Shown here: positions 30,530 to 39,484 of the stretch, piece after piece | Position numbering within the stretch: position 1 is the first letter of the stretch | Layout: each line of letters starts with the position of its first letter | Assembly: GCA_002441245.1 (NCBI GenBank) | Contig: DJVP01000006.1 | Span: forward strand, 7,449-71,448 | DNA: 64,000 bases | DNA from: Candidatus Omnitrophica bacterium UBA6253 | GTDB taxonomy: Bacteria; Omnitrophota; Gorgyraeia; Gygaellales; Profunditerraquicolaceae | Reading direction: 5' to 3' | The notes under the pieces: model-generated | The model's database searches: none | Seen by the model: the letters and a program-made list of their open reading frames with translations, nothing else | Told to the model about the DNA's origin: nothing | Position numbers and translations under genes: made by a program

Positions 30530-30559
30530 TTACCCCGCCATAGTTAAAATGCGGGGTAA
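30530..30559 (-). terminator. acpP-fabF inter-cistronic hairpin (9-bp perfect stem TTACCCCGC/GCGGGGTAA); partial terminator or attenuator
   Basis: Perfect inverted repeat seen directly; a weak U-tract follows on the coding strand. Confidence 0.45.
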
Positions 30560-30585
30560 ATTGTTTATTTTAAACTATCTAATTG

Positions 30586-30822
30586 TTATTTGGCGCTTTT
30601 TTCATCAATATACTTCATGGCGTCGCCAACAGTAGTGATCTTTTCCGCGTCTTCATCAGGAATCTCAATACCAAACTCTTCTTCTAAAGCCATAACCAGC
30701 TCTACAGTGTCGAGTGAATCCGCGCCTAAGTCATCGACAAACGATGCCTCAGGAGTTACCTCTTCGGGCTTTACACCTAACTGTTCTGCTATGATTGATT
30801 TTACTTTCTCTTGCACTGCCAT
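30586..30822 (-). CDS. acpP: Acyl carrier protein (start at MAVQEK)
   Basis: [21 protein letters not shown] phosphopantetheine attachment site. Confidence 0.9.
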   Translation of the reverse strand: MAVQEKVKSIIAEQLGVKPEEVTPEASFVDDLGADSLDTVELVMALEEEFGIEIPDEDAEKITTVGDAMKYIDEKSAK

Positions 30823-30941
30823 TCTTTTTTCCTCCTTGTGTAGAAACACACGCCCGCGCAAATTGCGCTACATAGCGCACACCAACGCAATTACTTATTG
30901 GCGTTGGGTGCTAGCGCAGGGTGTTTTCATATAAACCTGCT

Positions 30942-31685
30942 TTACGCCATTACCATGCCGCCATCGATTGTTATTACCTGCCCGGTGATATAACTTGACT
31001 CTTCAGAAGCCAGGAACAAACAGGTATTCGCTACATCCTGAGGCGTTCCAAGTTTAGCTAAAGGTATTGCCTCCAGCATCTTCTTCTTTACATCCTCAGG
31101 GAGTTTGGCGGTCATCTCTGTCTGGATAAATCCGGGAGCTACAGCATTAGCATTAATATTACGGCTGGCTAATTCTTTAGCTACTGTTTTTGTAAGAGCG
31201 ATTATGCCTGCTTTTGAAGCGGCATAATTTGCCTGGCCCGGATTTCCCATTAAACCGATAATTGAAGCTATACTGATAATCCTTCCGCTTCTTTGTTTTA
31301 TCATCGGCCGGGTTACAGCCTTAATGCAGTTAAATGTACCTTTAAGGTTTACATTAATCACCGCATCCCAATCAGCCTGGGACATTCTAAGCAAAAGATT
31401 GTCTTTAGTAATCCCAGCGTTGTTAACTAATATATCAACCTTTCCCATTTTGTCAAGAATTTTATTTATTCCTTCCTCTACCTTCTCATAATTGGTCACA
31501 TCCATCTCCAAAGCCAGTGCCTTGCGGCCTAAACCCTCAATTTCAAGCGCTGTTTTCTGGGCTATTTCCAGATTAACATCGGCTACCACAATATCCGCCC
31601 CCTCTCTTGCGAATATCATAGCAATTGCCTGACCTATTCCTCTTGCTCCGCCTGTAATCAAAGCTACTTTATCTTTTAACCTCAT
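30942..31685 (-). CDS. fabG: 3-oxoacyl-ACP reductase
   Basis: SDR motifs [12 protein letters not shown] and YAASKAG. Confidence 0.9.
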   Translation of the reverse strand: MRLKDKVALITGGARGIGQAIAMIFAREGADIVVADVNLEIAQKTALEIEGLGRKALALEMDVTNYEKVEEGINKILDKMGKVDILVNNAGITKDNLLLRMSQADWDAVINVNLKGTFNCIKAVTRPMIKQRSGRIISIASIIGLMGNPGQANYAASKAGIIALTKTVAKELASRNINANAVAPGFIQTEMTAKLPEDVKKKMLEAIPLAKLGTPQDVANTCLFLASEESSYITGQVITIDGGMVMA

Positions 31686-31694
31686 TTTAACCTC

Positions 31695-32600
31695 CTAAGC
31701 AATTTGCTCCATATCCGCGCCCTTCTCTATATTTATAACCTTGGCATTATTGTCAATACGGCGCATCAGCCCTTTTAAAACCTTTCCCGGGCCAAATTCA
31801 TAAAAGTCAGTTACCCCTTCAGATAAGATAAAACGCATTGATTCTTCCCATCTTACTGAGCCCCTTATCTGATTAACCAGGTTCTCTATTATCTGCCCAA
31901 CTTTATATTCTGGCTGCGCAGTATAATTGCTGATTACAGGAACATTAGGCTCAGAAACCGATATATTATCCAAGGCGAGCTTTAACCCTACCGAAGCCTC
32001 AAACATTAAGGTAGAATGAAAACCACCGCTCACTTCAAGTGGAATTACTCTTTTTGCCCCTGCCTGATTGCACAACTCCATAGCCTGATTTACCGCATCA
32101 ACTTTACCGGTAATAACAACTTGACCAGGGCAATTAAGATTGGCGATTTCAGCTCCGGATTGCAGACAAATTTCCTTAAGTTTTTCTACGGATAATTCCA
32201 AAACCGCGGCCATTTTACCAGGGTATTTTCTGGAAGCATCCTCCATTAGCTGGCCTCTTTTTTGTATTAAACGGATGCCGTTTTCAAAAGTCAGGGCACC
32301 GGCGGCTATTAAAGCGGAATATTCACCAAGGCTTAAACCTGCAACAAATGAAGGAGTGATATTGGATTTGGCTTTGAAAACTTCAAAAGCGGCTATACTG
32401 ACTGTGACAATTGCCGGCTGGGAAACATTGGTCGACTTGAGTATTTCTTCCGGGCCTTCAAAACAGAACCTCTTTAACTCAAAACCCAGGATTTTTTCAG
32501 CCCTGTCGAATATCTTTCGCGCCTCAGGAAAAGATTCATACAAATCTTTACCCATGCCTACATATTGGCTGCCCTGTCCGGCAAAAAGATAGCCTACCAC
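31695..32600 (-). CDS. fabD: Malonyl CoA-ACP transacylase
   Basis: GQGSQ and GLSLGEYSA active-site motifs. Confidence 0.9.
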   Translation of the reverse strand: MVGYLFAGQGSQYVGMGKDLYESFPEARKIFDRAEKILGFELKRFCFEGPEEILKSTNVSQPAIVTVSIAAFEVFKAKSNITPSFVAGLSLGEYSALIAAGALTFENGIRLIQKRGQLMEDASRKYPGKMAAVLELSVEKLKEICLQSGAEIANLNCPGQVVITGKVDAVNQAMELCNQAGAKRVIPLEVSGGFHSTLMFEASVGLKLALDNISVSEPNVPVISNYTAQPEYKVGQIIENLVNQIRGSVRWEESMRFILSEGVTDFYEFGPGKVLKGLMRRIDNNAKVINIEKGADMEQIA

Positions 32601-33571
32601 TCAATGATACAGGCGCCCCAGACTAAACCCGCTCCGAATGCATCCAGAAGGATGATATCGCCTTTTTTAACCCTGCCTTCCTGCACCGCCTCGCAAAGCG
32701 CAGTAACAGTGGAAGCGCTGGACATATTACCGCATCTTTCTATGTTCAGGTAAACACGATCCTCGGGGATGCCTAATTTCTTGGCCACAGCCATAATGAT
32801 GCGCGCATTTGCCTGATGAGGAATAATCAAATCCACATCAGCAAAAGTCATACCTGCCTGCTGCAAGACAGTTTCCGCGGCTTTAGTCATGGTATTGACC
32901 GCAATCTTAAATAATTCATTGCCCTGCATTTTTATAAAATGCTGGCGGTTTCTTACTGTTTCGGTAGTCGCCGGGTTCGCCGAGCCTCCGGCAGGAATAT
33001 TTAATAAACCCACCTTTGAACCATCACAACCCAGATAAGTAGAAATAATCCCCCTGCCTTTTACTTCTGATAGAACTACAGCTCCTGCTCCATCCCCAAA
33101 CAAGACACAGGTATTACGATCCTGCCAATCGGTAACAGAGGTTAAAACCTCAACCCCAATAACAAGCGCGTTTTTATAAGTAGATGAAGAGATAAACTGT
33201 TGAGCCACAGAAATTCCATACACAAAACCAGCACAGGCGGCAGAGATATCAAAACTAGCGGCCATTTTGGCTCCGAGCTTATTTTGTAAAATAGCGGCTA
33301 CTGAAGGACAGGGCATATCACCGGTAATTGTCGCAACCACAATCAAATCTAAATCTTCGGGAGAAAGCCCGGCATTCTTTAACGCCACTTCAGCCGCCTT
33401 AAAAGCTAAATCTGACGCAGCCTGGCCCTTTGCTGCCTGGTGCCTTTCTTTTATACCGGTGCGTGTTGTAATCCACTCGTCAGAGGTATCGACCATCTTC
33501 TCAAGGTCAGCATTAGTTAATATTTTATCAGGCAGGTATTCGCCTACCCCGATAATGCCTACTTTTTTCAA
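32594..33571 (-). CDS. fabH: 3-oxoacyl-ACP synthase III
   Basis: KAS-III Cys-His-Asn motifs (AACAGF, PHQANARI, GNMSSAS). Confidence 0.9.
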   Translation of the reverse strand: MKKVGIIGVGEYLPDKILTNADLEKMVDTSDEWITTRTGIKERHQAAKGQAASDLAFKAAEVALKNAGLSPEDLDLIVVATITGDMPCPSVAAILQNKLGAKMAASFDISAACAGFVYGISVAQQFISSSTYKNALVIGVEVLTSVTDWQDRNTCVLFGDGAGAVVLSEVKGRGIISTYLGCDGSKVGLLNIPAGGSANPATTETVRNRQHFIKMQGNELFKIAVNTMTKAAETVLQQAGMTFADVDLIIPHQANARIIMAVAKKLGIPEDRVYLNIERCGNMSSASTVTALCEAVQEGRVKKGDIILLDAFGAGLVWGACIIEW

Positions 33572-33586
33572 TATAACTCCATATAT

Positions 33587-34567
33587 TTACAACGCCTCAA
33601 GGATCTGTGTATTAACCTGGCGTTCAACCTCCTCTTTGGCAACTCTAATGGCATTCTTGATCGCCCTTATACTGGAACGGCCATGGCCGATAATCACCAC
33701 GCCATTGACTCCTAATAAAAGTGCTCCGCCATATTCAGCGTAATCAATATCTTTTTTAAAACGTTTGAGGCTGGGCATCATAAAAATTAACCCAACCTTC
33801 CCCCAGATATTACTTAAAAGATGCCTCTTCAAAAATGTCTGCATTGCCTCGGCGGCGCTCTCTGAAACCTTTAAAGCTACATTACCCACAAAACCGTCAC
33901 AAATAATAATATCGCACTTCCCGCTAAAAAGATCTTTGCCTTCTACATTACCGATAAAGTTAAGCTTGCTCTTTCCTAAAAGTTCATAAGCTTCCCGGAT
34001 AAACTCCGTTCCCTTTTTCTCTTCTTCACCTATATTCAACAGCCCTACTGCAGGATTAGGCTTATTCAAAATATTCTTACAATAGGCGTCAGCCATGATC
34101 CCGTATTGCAACAGCTGGGTAGGCTTAGGGTCAATGTTGGCACCAACATCAATAATCAGGGAATTGCCTTTTAAGGTGGGGGCAACAACAGCAATACCCG
34201 CCCTCTCAATTCCCGGCAGGAGCCTTAATTCTAGAGTCGCCGCACAAACCACTGCTCCGGTATTGCCAGCGCTGAAAAAAGCATCCGCCTTGCCTTCTTT
34301 AACCATGTTTAGTCCAACTACAATAGAAGAATTCCTCTTACGGCGGACACTGTTTGCCGCAGACTCAGACATCTCAATAGTTTCCGTAGTATGCTGTATA
34401 CTTATCCGATTACCGATATATTTAGCTTTCTTTAAAAGAGCTTCAATCTTAGGTTGGTCTCCCACCAAAACGATCTCCACCTCATACTCTTTTAATGCAG
34501 CCAAGCTGCCCTTAATAACTACATCAGGTGCATGGTCGCCGCCCATAGCATCAACAACTATTTTCAT
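33587..34567 (-). CDS. plsX: Phosphate acyltransferase
   Basis: PlsX family (MKIVVDAMGGDHAP). Confidence 0.9.
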   Translation of the reverse strand: MKIVVDAMGGDHAPDVVIKGSLAALKEYEVEIVLVGDQPKIEALLKKAKYIGNRISIQHTTETIEMSESAANSVRRKRNSSIVVGLNMVKEGKADAFFSAGNTGAVVCAATLELRLLPGIERAGIAVVAPTLKGNSLIIDVGANIDPKPTQLLQYGIMADAYCKNILNKPNPAVGLLNIGEEEKKGTEFIREAYELLGKSKLNFIGNVEGKDLFSGKCDIIICDGFVGNVALKVSESAAEAMQTFLKRHLLSNIWGKVGLIFMMPSLKRFKKDIDYAEYGGALLLGVNGVVIIGHGRSSIRAIKNAIRVAKEEVERQVNTQILEAL

Positions 34568-34622
34568 ACTTTTCTCCTAAAAACTGCGAGGTTTTTCTTT
34601 CCTGACTTACGAGCCAGGAGGC

Positions 34623-34641
34623 CCTTGCGCTTCGCGCAAGG
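34623..34641. promoter_or_regulatory. GC-rich perfect hairpin CCTTGCGC-TTC-GCGCAAGG in the rpmF-plsX spacer
   Basis: 8-bp perfect inverted repeat with a 3-nt loop. It is conspicuous in an AT-rich spacer and is not followed by a U-tract on the coding strand. Confidence 0.35.
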
Positions 34642-34701
34642 ATTTCACTAAATAGAAAAAATAAGGTGTTCAAATTTCGCTAAATCAAACCTTTAAGGTG
34701 C

Positions 34702-34902
34702 TCACTTTTTCTTCTTTTTTTCCTTGACCTTTATTTCCACGACCTGACGTCCATCATAAAAACCGCAGACCAGGCAAACGCGATGTGAAAGTTTTAGCTG
34801 TTTGCATTGCGGACAAGGAACTAAAGTAGTTTTCTTAATCTTCCAGTGCGTACGACGTTTTCGGCCGCGCTGTGCTGAATGCTTTCTCTTAGGTAGAGCC
34901 AC
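34702..34902 (-). CDS. rpmF: 50S ribosomal protein L32
   Basis: MALPKRKHSAQRGRKRRTHWK and a CxxC...CxxC zinc ribbon. Confidence 0.9.
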   Translation of the reverse strand: MALPKRKHSAQRGRKRRTHWKIKKTTLVPCPQCKQLKLSHRVCLVCGFYDGRQVVEIKVKEKKKKK

Positions 34903-35302
34903 AGTTACATCCTCCTTCGTTTTTGTTTTTACCGCATTTTACACAAAGCCCTTTGCAGCCTAAACTGCATAAAGGTTTTATGGGGTAATCTAACATTACC
35001 TCTTCCCTTATATCGGGGTTTAAATCTATAAAGGTCTCTCCGCCATCCAAGGGATAGTTTAATTGCAAATCTTTATAAAAATCCCAGTCAAACTCTTCGA
35101 GGCAGCGCGAGCATCCCGTAAAAAGCACCGCGCGTATATCCAATTTTACGATAAGCGCGTTAATAACCCGCAGGACTTGCGCCTTTACTTTAAGATTAGA
35201 ACGATATTTTATCAGTTCGGTCTCAAGGTCAAGTTCTTTAGGCTTAATATCTTCTTCTAATAACAGGCCCTCTTGAGGGACCTGATTAATAAAAATCTTC
35301 AC
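34889..35302 (-). CDS. yceD: YceD/DUF177 large-subunit rRNA accumulation protein
   Basis: Conserved position upstream of rpmF-plsX. C-terminal CxxC...CxxC. Confidence 0.7.
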   Translation of the reverse strand: MKIFINQVPQEGLLLEEDIKPKELDLETELIKYRSNLKVKAQVLRVINALIVKLDIRAVLFTGCSRCLEEFDWDFYKDLQLNYPLDGGETFIDLNPDIREEVMLDYPIKPLCSLGCKGLCVKCGKNKNEGGCNCGST

Positions 35303-35787
35303 TTTCTTCTACGTAATTTTTTCTGCAAAGCTTTAGCCACAAAATCCGGGACAAGGTTTGAAAGGTCCGCGCCTAAACCGGAAACCTCTTTAATCAACCT
35401 TGCCGATAAATAACTATAAGACTCATGCGGCATAAGGAATATAGTCTCAATGTCGCTGGATAACTTACGGTTAGTCAGGGCCATCTGAAACTCATATTCA
35501 AAATCCGAAAGCATACGCACCCCGCGCACCAGTACCTTGGCCTTCATTTTATGGGCAAAATCAACTACCAGACCGTCAAAATGCGTAACAGTTACCCCAT
35601 CCATGCCGGAGATGGCTTTTTTAAGCATAGCCACTCTTTCGGCAACGCTAAAAACCGGTTTCTTGTGCGGATTATGCGCCACTGCCACGATTACATCATG
35701 AAAGATTTCATGCGCGCGGCAGATCAAATCAATATGCCCGTTAGTTACCGGGTCAAATGTCCCTGGATATAAAGCAATTTGGCACAT
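35299..35787 (-). CDS. coaD: Phosphopantetheine adenylyltransferase
   Basis: YPGTFDPVTNGH nucleotidyltransferase motif. Confidence 0.9.
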   Translation of the reverse strand: MCQIALYPGTFDPVTNGHIDLICRAHEIFHDVIVAVAHNPHKKPVFSVAERVAMLKKAISGMDGVTVTHFDGLVVDFAHKMKAKVLVRGVRMLSDFEYEFQMALTNRKLSSDIETIFLMPHESYSYLSARLIKEVSGLGADLSNLVPDFVAKALQKKLRRRK

Positions 35788-35789
35788 AA

Positions 35790-36332
35790 TTATTTTTTCT
35801 TACTGAAAATAGAAAGCCAGGTATCACCGTACTTGGCCTCTTTAATTAAGCTAAAATTTGGGCTGGATTCAGGCAGCAATTCTGTCTTGGGATGCTGCGC
35901 GATTATCAAACCATTGGGCGATAATATATCATAACCCTCCAGGGTTTGCAAGATTTTTTTTGCCATCCCCTCATGATACGGCGGATCAAGGAATATTATA
36001 TCAAAACTCTTTTTATCCCGGGCCAAAAGCTTGATCGCTTTCTCCACATCCAGATAATACAGGTTACAGCCAGGGGCCTTAAGCAGGGCAATGTTCTTTT
36101 TTATCGTCAATACGGAGTTATGATTACACTCAACCATAGTCAGCTCAACTACCCCGCGGGAAAGCGCCTCAAACCCCACTGCCCCGGAACCGGCATAAAG
36201 CTCAAGGAATGAAAGCCCCTCCACATCTCCCAGTATATCAAAGATTGCCTTACGCACCTTATCCTGGGTAGGGCGGATGCCCCGGGGCATAAATAATTTT
36301 CGATTACGGTATTTTCCTGTAGTTATGCGCAT
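35790..36332 (-). CDS. rsmD: 16S rRNA (guanine966-N2)-methyltransferase
   Basis: RsmD family (LELYAGSGAVGFEALSRG, DPPY). Confidence 0.8.
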   Translation of the reverse strand: MRITTGKYRNRKLFMPRGIRPTQDKVRKAIFDILGDVEGLSFLELYAGSGAVGFEALSRGVVELTMVECNHNSVLTIKKNIALLKAPGCNLYYLDVEKAIKLLARDKKSFDIIFLDPPYHEGMAKKILQTLEGYDILSPNGLIIAQHPKTELLPESSPNFSLIKEAKYGDTWLSIFSKKK

Positions 36333-36333
36333 A

Positions 36334-38412
36334 TCAACCTGTTAACATTAATTTCTCATACTCAGGGAATCTCTGCAAGAGTTTTTCCTTTAATAACCGG
36401 TGCGGCCGCTCTTCTAAGCAAGGATCCCGGCTAAGCAGTTTTATCGCTTCCCCCCTGGCTGCCTTAAGCAACTGCATCTGGGTGAGCGGATTGGCAAGCT
36501 TTAGCTCTGCCAAACCATGCTGCCTGTTTCCAAAAAACTCACCCGGCCCCCTGATCTTTAAATCCTCCTCCGAAATACGAAAACCGTCGCTTGAAGAAAC
36601 CATCGCCTGTAATCTCGCCTTTGACTCATCGGTCTGTGCGTCAGATATAAGAATGCAAAATGACTGCAGATTAGCCCTGCCGATTCTTCCGCGCAGCTGA
36701 TGCAACTGGCTTAAACCAAAACGTTCGGCATGAACAACAATCATACAAGTTGCATTAGGAATGTCAATGCCTACTTCCAAAATAGTAGTTGAGACCAAAA
36801 GATCCAACTCTTTGTTCCTGAATTTGAGCATCACTTCTTGTTGTTCTTTTGTTTTTAGTTTCCCATGAACCAACCCAAGCCGAAAATCCTTAAACTCCCC
36901 TTCCTTTAACTCCGCAAACATCTTTTTCGCCCCGGCAATATCTAAGGCGTAAGACTCCTCAATCACAGGATATATTATATAAGCCTGGCGTCCATATTTA
37001 AACTCCTGTCTGGCAATCGCAAAACCTTTTTCTTTGTTCTTTTGGCTAAAATGCATTGTCCTTACAGGAATACGCCCGGCAGGCAACTCACTAATTACCG
37101 AAATATCCAGGTCGCCATAAAGTGTAATCGCCAGGGTGCGGGGGATTGGGGTAGCGGTCATGATTAATACATCAGGGTTATTGCCTTTCTTGGGCAAAAG
37201 CGCCCGTTGCCCCACGCCGAATTTATGCTGCTCATCAATGACGATAAAACTCAAGGCCTTAAATTTTAATTCTTCCTGCAAAAGTGCATGCGTGCCGATA
37301 ATTAAATCAACCTTGCCCTCTTTAATCTCCTGGTATATTTTATCCTTTTCTTTATCCTGGCCGGTTAATAAACCCACGCATATTTTACGCCCAGCAAAAA
37401 CTACCCCCGCCAACTGAGAGGTTATTTTTACATAGTGCTGGCGGGCGAGTATCTCTGTCGGCGCCATAAGAGCAGCCTGAAACCCGCTTTGAATAGAGAT
37501 CAAACAAGCCAAAGCAGCTACCACGGTTTTACCTGAACCCACATCACCTTGCAGGAGCCGCTGCATGGCTTGACCGGAAGCCATATCTTTTTTTATTTCC
37601 TCCAGGACCTTCTGCTGCGCGGAGGTTAATTTAAAAGGTAATTGGGAAATAAAATCCTCGATTAGATTAGCGCTAACAGTATGCCTTATCCCTTTATTTT
37701 CTTTATGCCTTAGCTTTCTTAAGACAAGCGGCAGCTGAAAAATAAAAAACTCCTCAAAACTTAAACGCATTAGCGCCTGCTTTTGCAGGTCCAGCCCCTG
37801 TGGAAAATGAATAGTTAACAAACTCTGCGCCAGATTAAGCAGATTGTTGCGGCTGCGCAAATCAAAAGGCAGGTAATCTTTAATTTTAGGCAAGAATTCA
37901 TCAAGGGCACCCTTGATCAGATGGCGCATGCTGCGCTGGGAAAAACCTTTGGGCAGGGTATAAATTGGAACAATCCGGCCGATATTTAAAGAGTCATCAC
38001 CCTCGCTATCAAGAAATTCAAACTCCGGATTATTCATCTGCAGCCTGCCGTTATAAATTTCCACCTTACCGTAAATGATCAGGGAAACCCCGGGCTCAAG
38101 ATATTCTTTTAAGTACGGCTGGTTAAACCAAACACAGTTAATCTTGCCTGTTTTATCCGCCAGTACCGCCTCAGTAATGCTAAAGGAACGCCTGCGCCAG
38201 GAGTTGCGCTGGCCTCCGGACAAAACCTGAGTTTTTATGGTATATACCTGCCCCTCTTTGAGCTCCGAGATATTAGCAAAGTTTGTGCGATCCTCATAAC
38301 GCCGGGGAAAATAATAAAGCAGCTCTTCAACAGTATTTATCCCTCTGTCGGAAAAACTTTTCTTCCTCTTTGGCCCTATCCCTTTAAGATATTGAATGGA
38401 TGTAGCTTGCAT
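36334..38412 (-). CDS. recG: ATP-dependent DNA helicase RecG
   Basis: Wedge domain plus SF2 helicase motifs (GDVGSGKT, DEQH). Confidence 0.9.
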   Translation of the reverse strand: MQATSIQYLKGIGPKRKKSFSDRGINTVEELLYYFPRRYEDRTNFANISELKEGQVYTIKTQVLSGGQRNSWRRRSFSITEAVLADKTGKINCVWFNQPYLKEYLEPGVSLIIYGKVEIYNGRLQMNNPEFEFLDSEGDDSLNIGRIVPIYTLPKGFSQRSMRHLIKGALDEFLPKIKDYLPFDLRSRNNLLNLAQSLLTIHFPQGLDLQKQALMRLSFEEFFIFQLPLVLRKLRHKENKGIRHTVSANLIEDFISQLPFKLTSAQQKVLEEIKKDMASGQAMQRLLQGDVGSGKTVVAALACLISIQSGFQAALMAPTEILARQHYVKITSQLAGVVFAGRKICVGLLTGQDKEKDKIYQEIKEGKVDLIIGTHALLQEELKFKALSFIVIDEQHKFGVGQRALLPKKGNNPDVLIMTATPIPRTLAITLYGDLDISVISELPAGRIPVRTMHFSQKNKEKGFAIARQEFKYGRQAYIIYPVIEESYALDIAGAKKMFAELKEGEFKDFRLGLVHGKLKTKEQQEVMLKFRNKELDLLVSTTILEVGIDIPNATCMIVVHAERFGLSQLHQLRGRIGRANLQSFCILISDAQTDESKARLQAMVSSSDGFRISEEDLKIRGPGEFFGNRQHGLAELKLANPLTQMQLLKAARGEAIKLLSRDPCLEERPHRLLKEKLLQRFPEYEKLMLTG

Positions 38413-38470
38413 AAATTTATTATACTATAAAAATCCCAAAACCCTTCCCAAAAATATTTTTCGGGGGTAC

Positions 38471-38499
38471 TTGAAAGTTGCCTATTTATGTGGCATACT
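38471..38499 (+). promoter_or_regulatory. Plus-strand sigma70-like promoter TTGAAA-N17-CATACT
   Basis: Hexamers at 38471..38476 and 38494..38499. This is the only plus-strand promoter-like signal in a region flanked by minus-strand genes. Confidence 0.25.
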
Positions 38500-38505
38500 T
38501 ACACT

Positions 38506-38607
38506 GTATTAGGAAACAGAACATGCAACGAGGAGGATAGTAACGATAGCGGGAGCTATTAGGCCTATCACCTACAAAGAAACCCCGGGAAAAAACGGGG
38601 CTTTTTT
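38506..38607 (+). ncRNA. Candidate ~100-nt small RNA (promoter to intrinsic terminator) antisense to the recG upstream region
   Basis: The promoter-like element is followed about 85 nt later by the terminator hairpin CCCCG-GGAAAAAA-CGGGG plus TTTTTT (38583..38607). There are internal GATAG/CTATC and TATTAGG repeats, and no ORF longer than 5 codons. Confidence 0.2.
38583..38607 (+). terminator. Intrinsic terminator-like hairpin with T6 tract on plus; possibly bidirectional, since the minus strand has TTTCTTT after the stem
   Basis: A 5-bp GC stem, 8-nt loop and TTTTTT were seen directly. Confidence 0.4.
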
Positions 38608-38684
38608 GTTAATGAGACCCTAGTTTATGGAGTGCCAAGCACGGCATAAGTTATCCGCCGTATTAATCCTTGCGGTTGTGAGCA

Positions 38685-38701
38685 AAATTTCGAAGAAATT
38701 T
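38685..38701. promoter_or_regulatory. Inverted repeat AAATTTC-GAA-GAAATTT downstream of the S4 gene and upstream of recG
   Basis: 7-bp perfect arms seen directly. The AT-rich context lowers its significance. Confidence 0.2.
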
Positions 38702-38735
38702 GTGAAACGGTTAACTGCAAGGGGTTTTGTATATT

Positions 38736-38942
38736 TTAAACCACGACATCGATCTTTTTACCACTAAACTCCACGCAATCTCCTTGGCGAAGCTTCCGGC
38801 GGACACGTGATTCAACCTCTCCGTTTACCCTAGCCAAACCCGCCTGTATCTGCTGCTTGGCTTGCGCTCCGCTTTCAACAAGCTCCAGAATCTTTAACAT
38901 ATTATCCAATTCGACAAACTCACTTTTTAGTTTAAATTCCAT
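38736..38942 (-). CDS. Small S4-domain RNA-binding protein (YbcJ-like)
   Basis: 68 aa; GLARVNGEVESRVRRKLRQGD S4-like motif. Confidence 0.6.
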   Translation of the reverse strand: MEFKLKSEFVELDNMLKILELVESGAQAKQQIQAGLARVNGEVESRVRRKLRQGDCVEFSGKKIDVVV

Positions 38943-38944
38943 TA

Positions 38945-39451
38945 TTAAGATCCCAGGGTACCTGCAGCAATAAGGTAACCTTTGGCCCTCTCAGCGAGTT
39001 TATAACGGTTTACAATATCCCAGAATGCCCTGCTATGGTCAGGGACAGCTAAATGCGCCATCTCATGGATAATAACATAATCTCTTACCCATTGCGGCAT
39101 ACTGCTTATGCGATGGGAGATGCGGATAGAGCCGGTGCGGAAATTGCAACAGCCGAACCTGGATTTCTGGCCGGTGACGTATTCAATGGAATTAACCTTA
39201 AGCTTATTTTCAAAATACCGTTTATTGAATTCTTCTGCCTTGAAAGCAAGATTTTCATTTTTATTCAATTGTTCTTTCAGGTATTTTCGCTCTATCCTGG
39301 ATTTAAGTTCGGCAATAACCTCCTGCAAACGGATATCCGGCATATTTTCAGGGGCCCTGACAACAAGGATACCTCTTACCAACCGGCAGCTTACGCTGCG
39401 CCTTCTCTTTTTACTGCGTAATATCTTAACTGCGCTTATATTTACAGGCAT
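38945..39451 (-). CDS. YgjP/DUF45-like metal-dependent hydrolase (SprT-like, HExxH)
   Basis: HEMAHL zinc-binding motif and DUF45-like length. Confidence 0.65.
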   Translation of the reverse strand: MPVNISAVKILRSKKRRRSVSCRLVRGILVVRAPENMPDIRLQEVIAELKSRIERKYLKEQLNKNENLAFKAEEFNKRYFENKLKVNSIEYVTGQKSRFGCCNFRTGSIRISHRISSMPQWVRDYVIIHEMAHLAVPDHSRAFWDIVNRYKLAERAKGYLIAAGTLGS

Positions 39452-39484
39452 AATTTATTGATATCTCCATAGCATGACCTCAAA

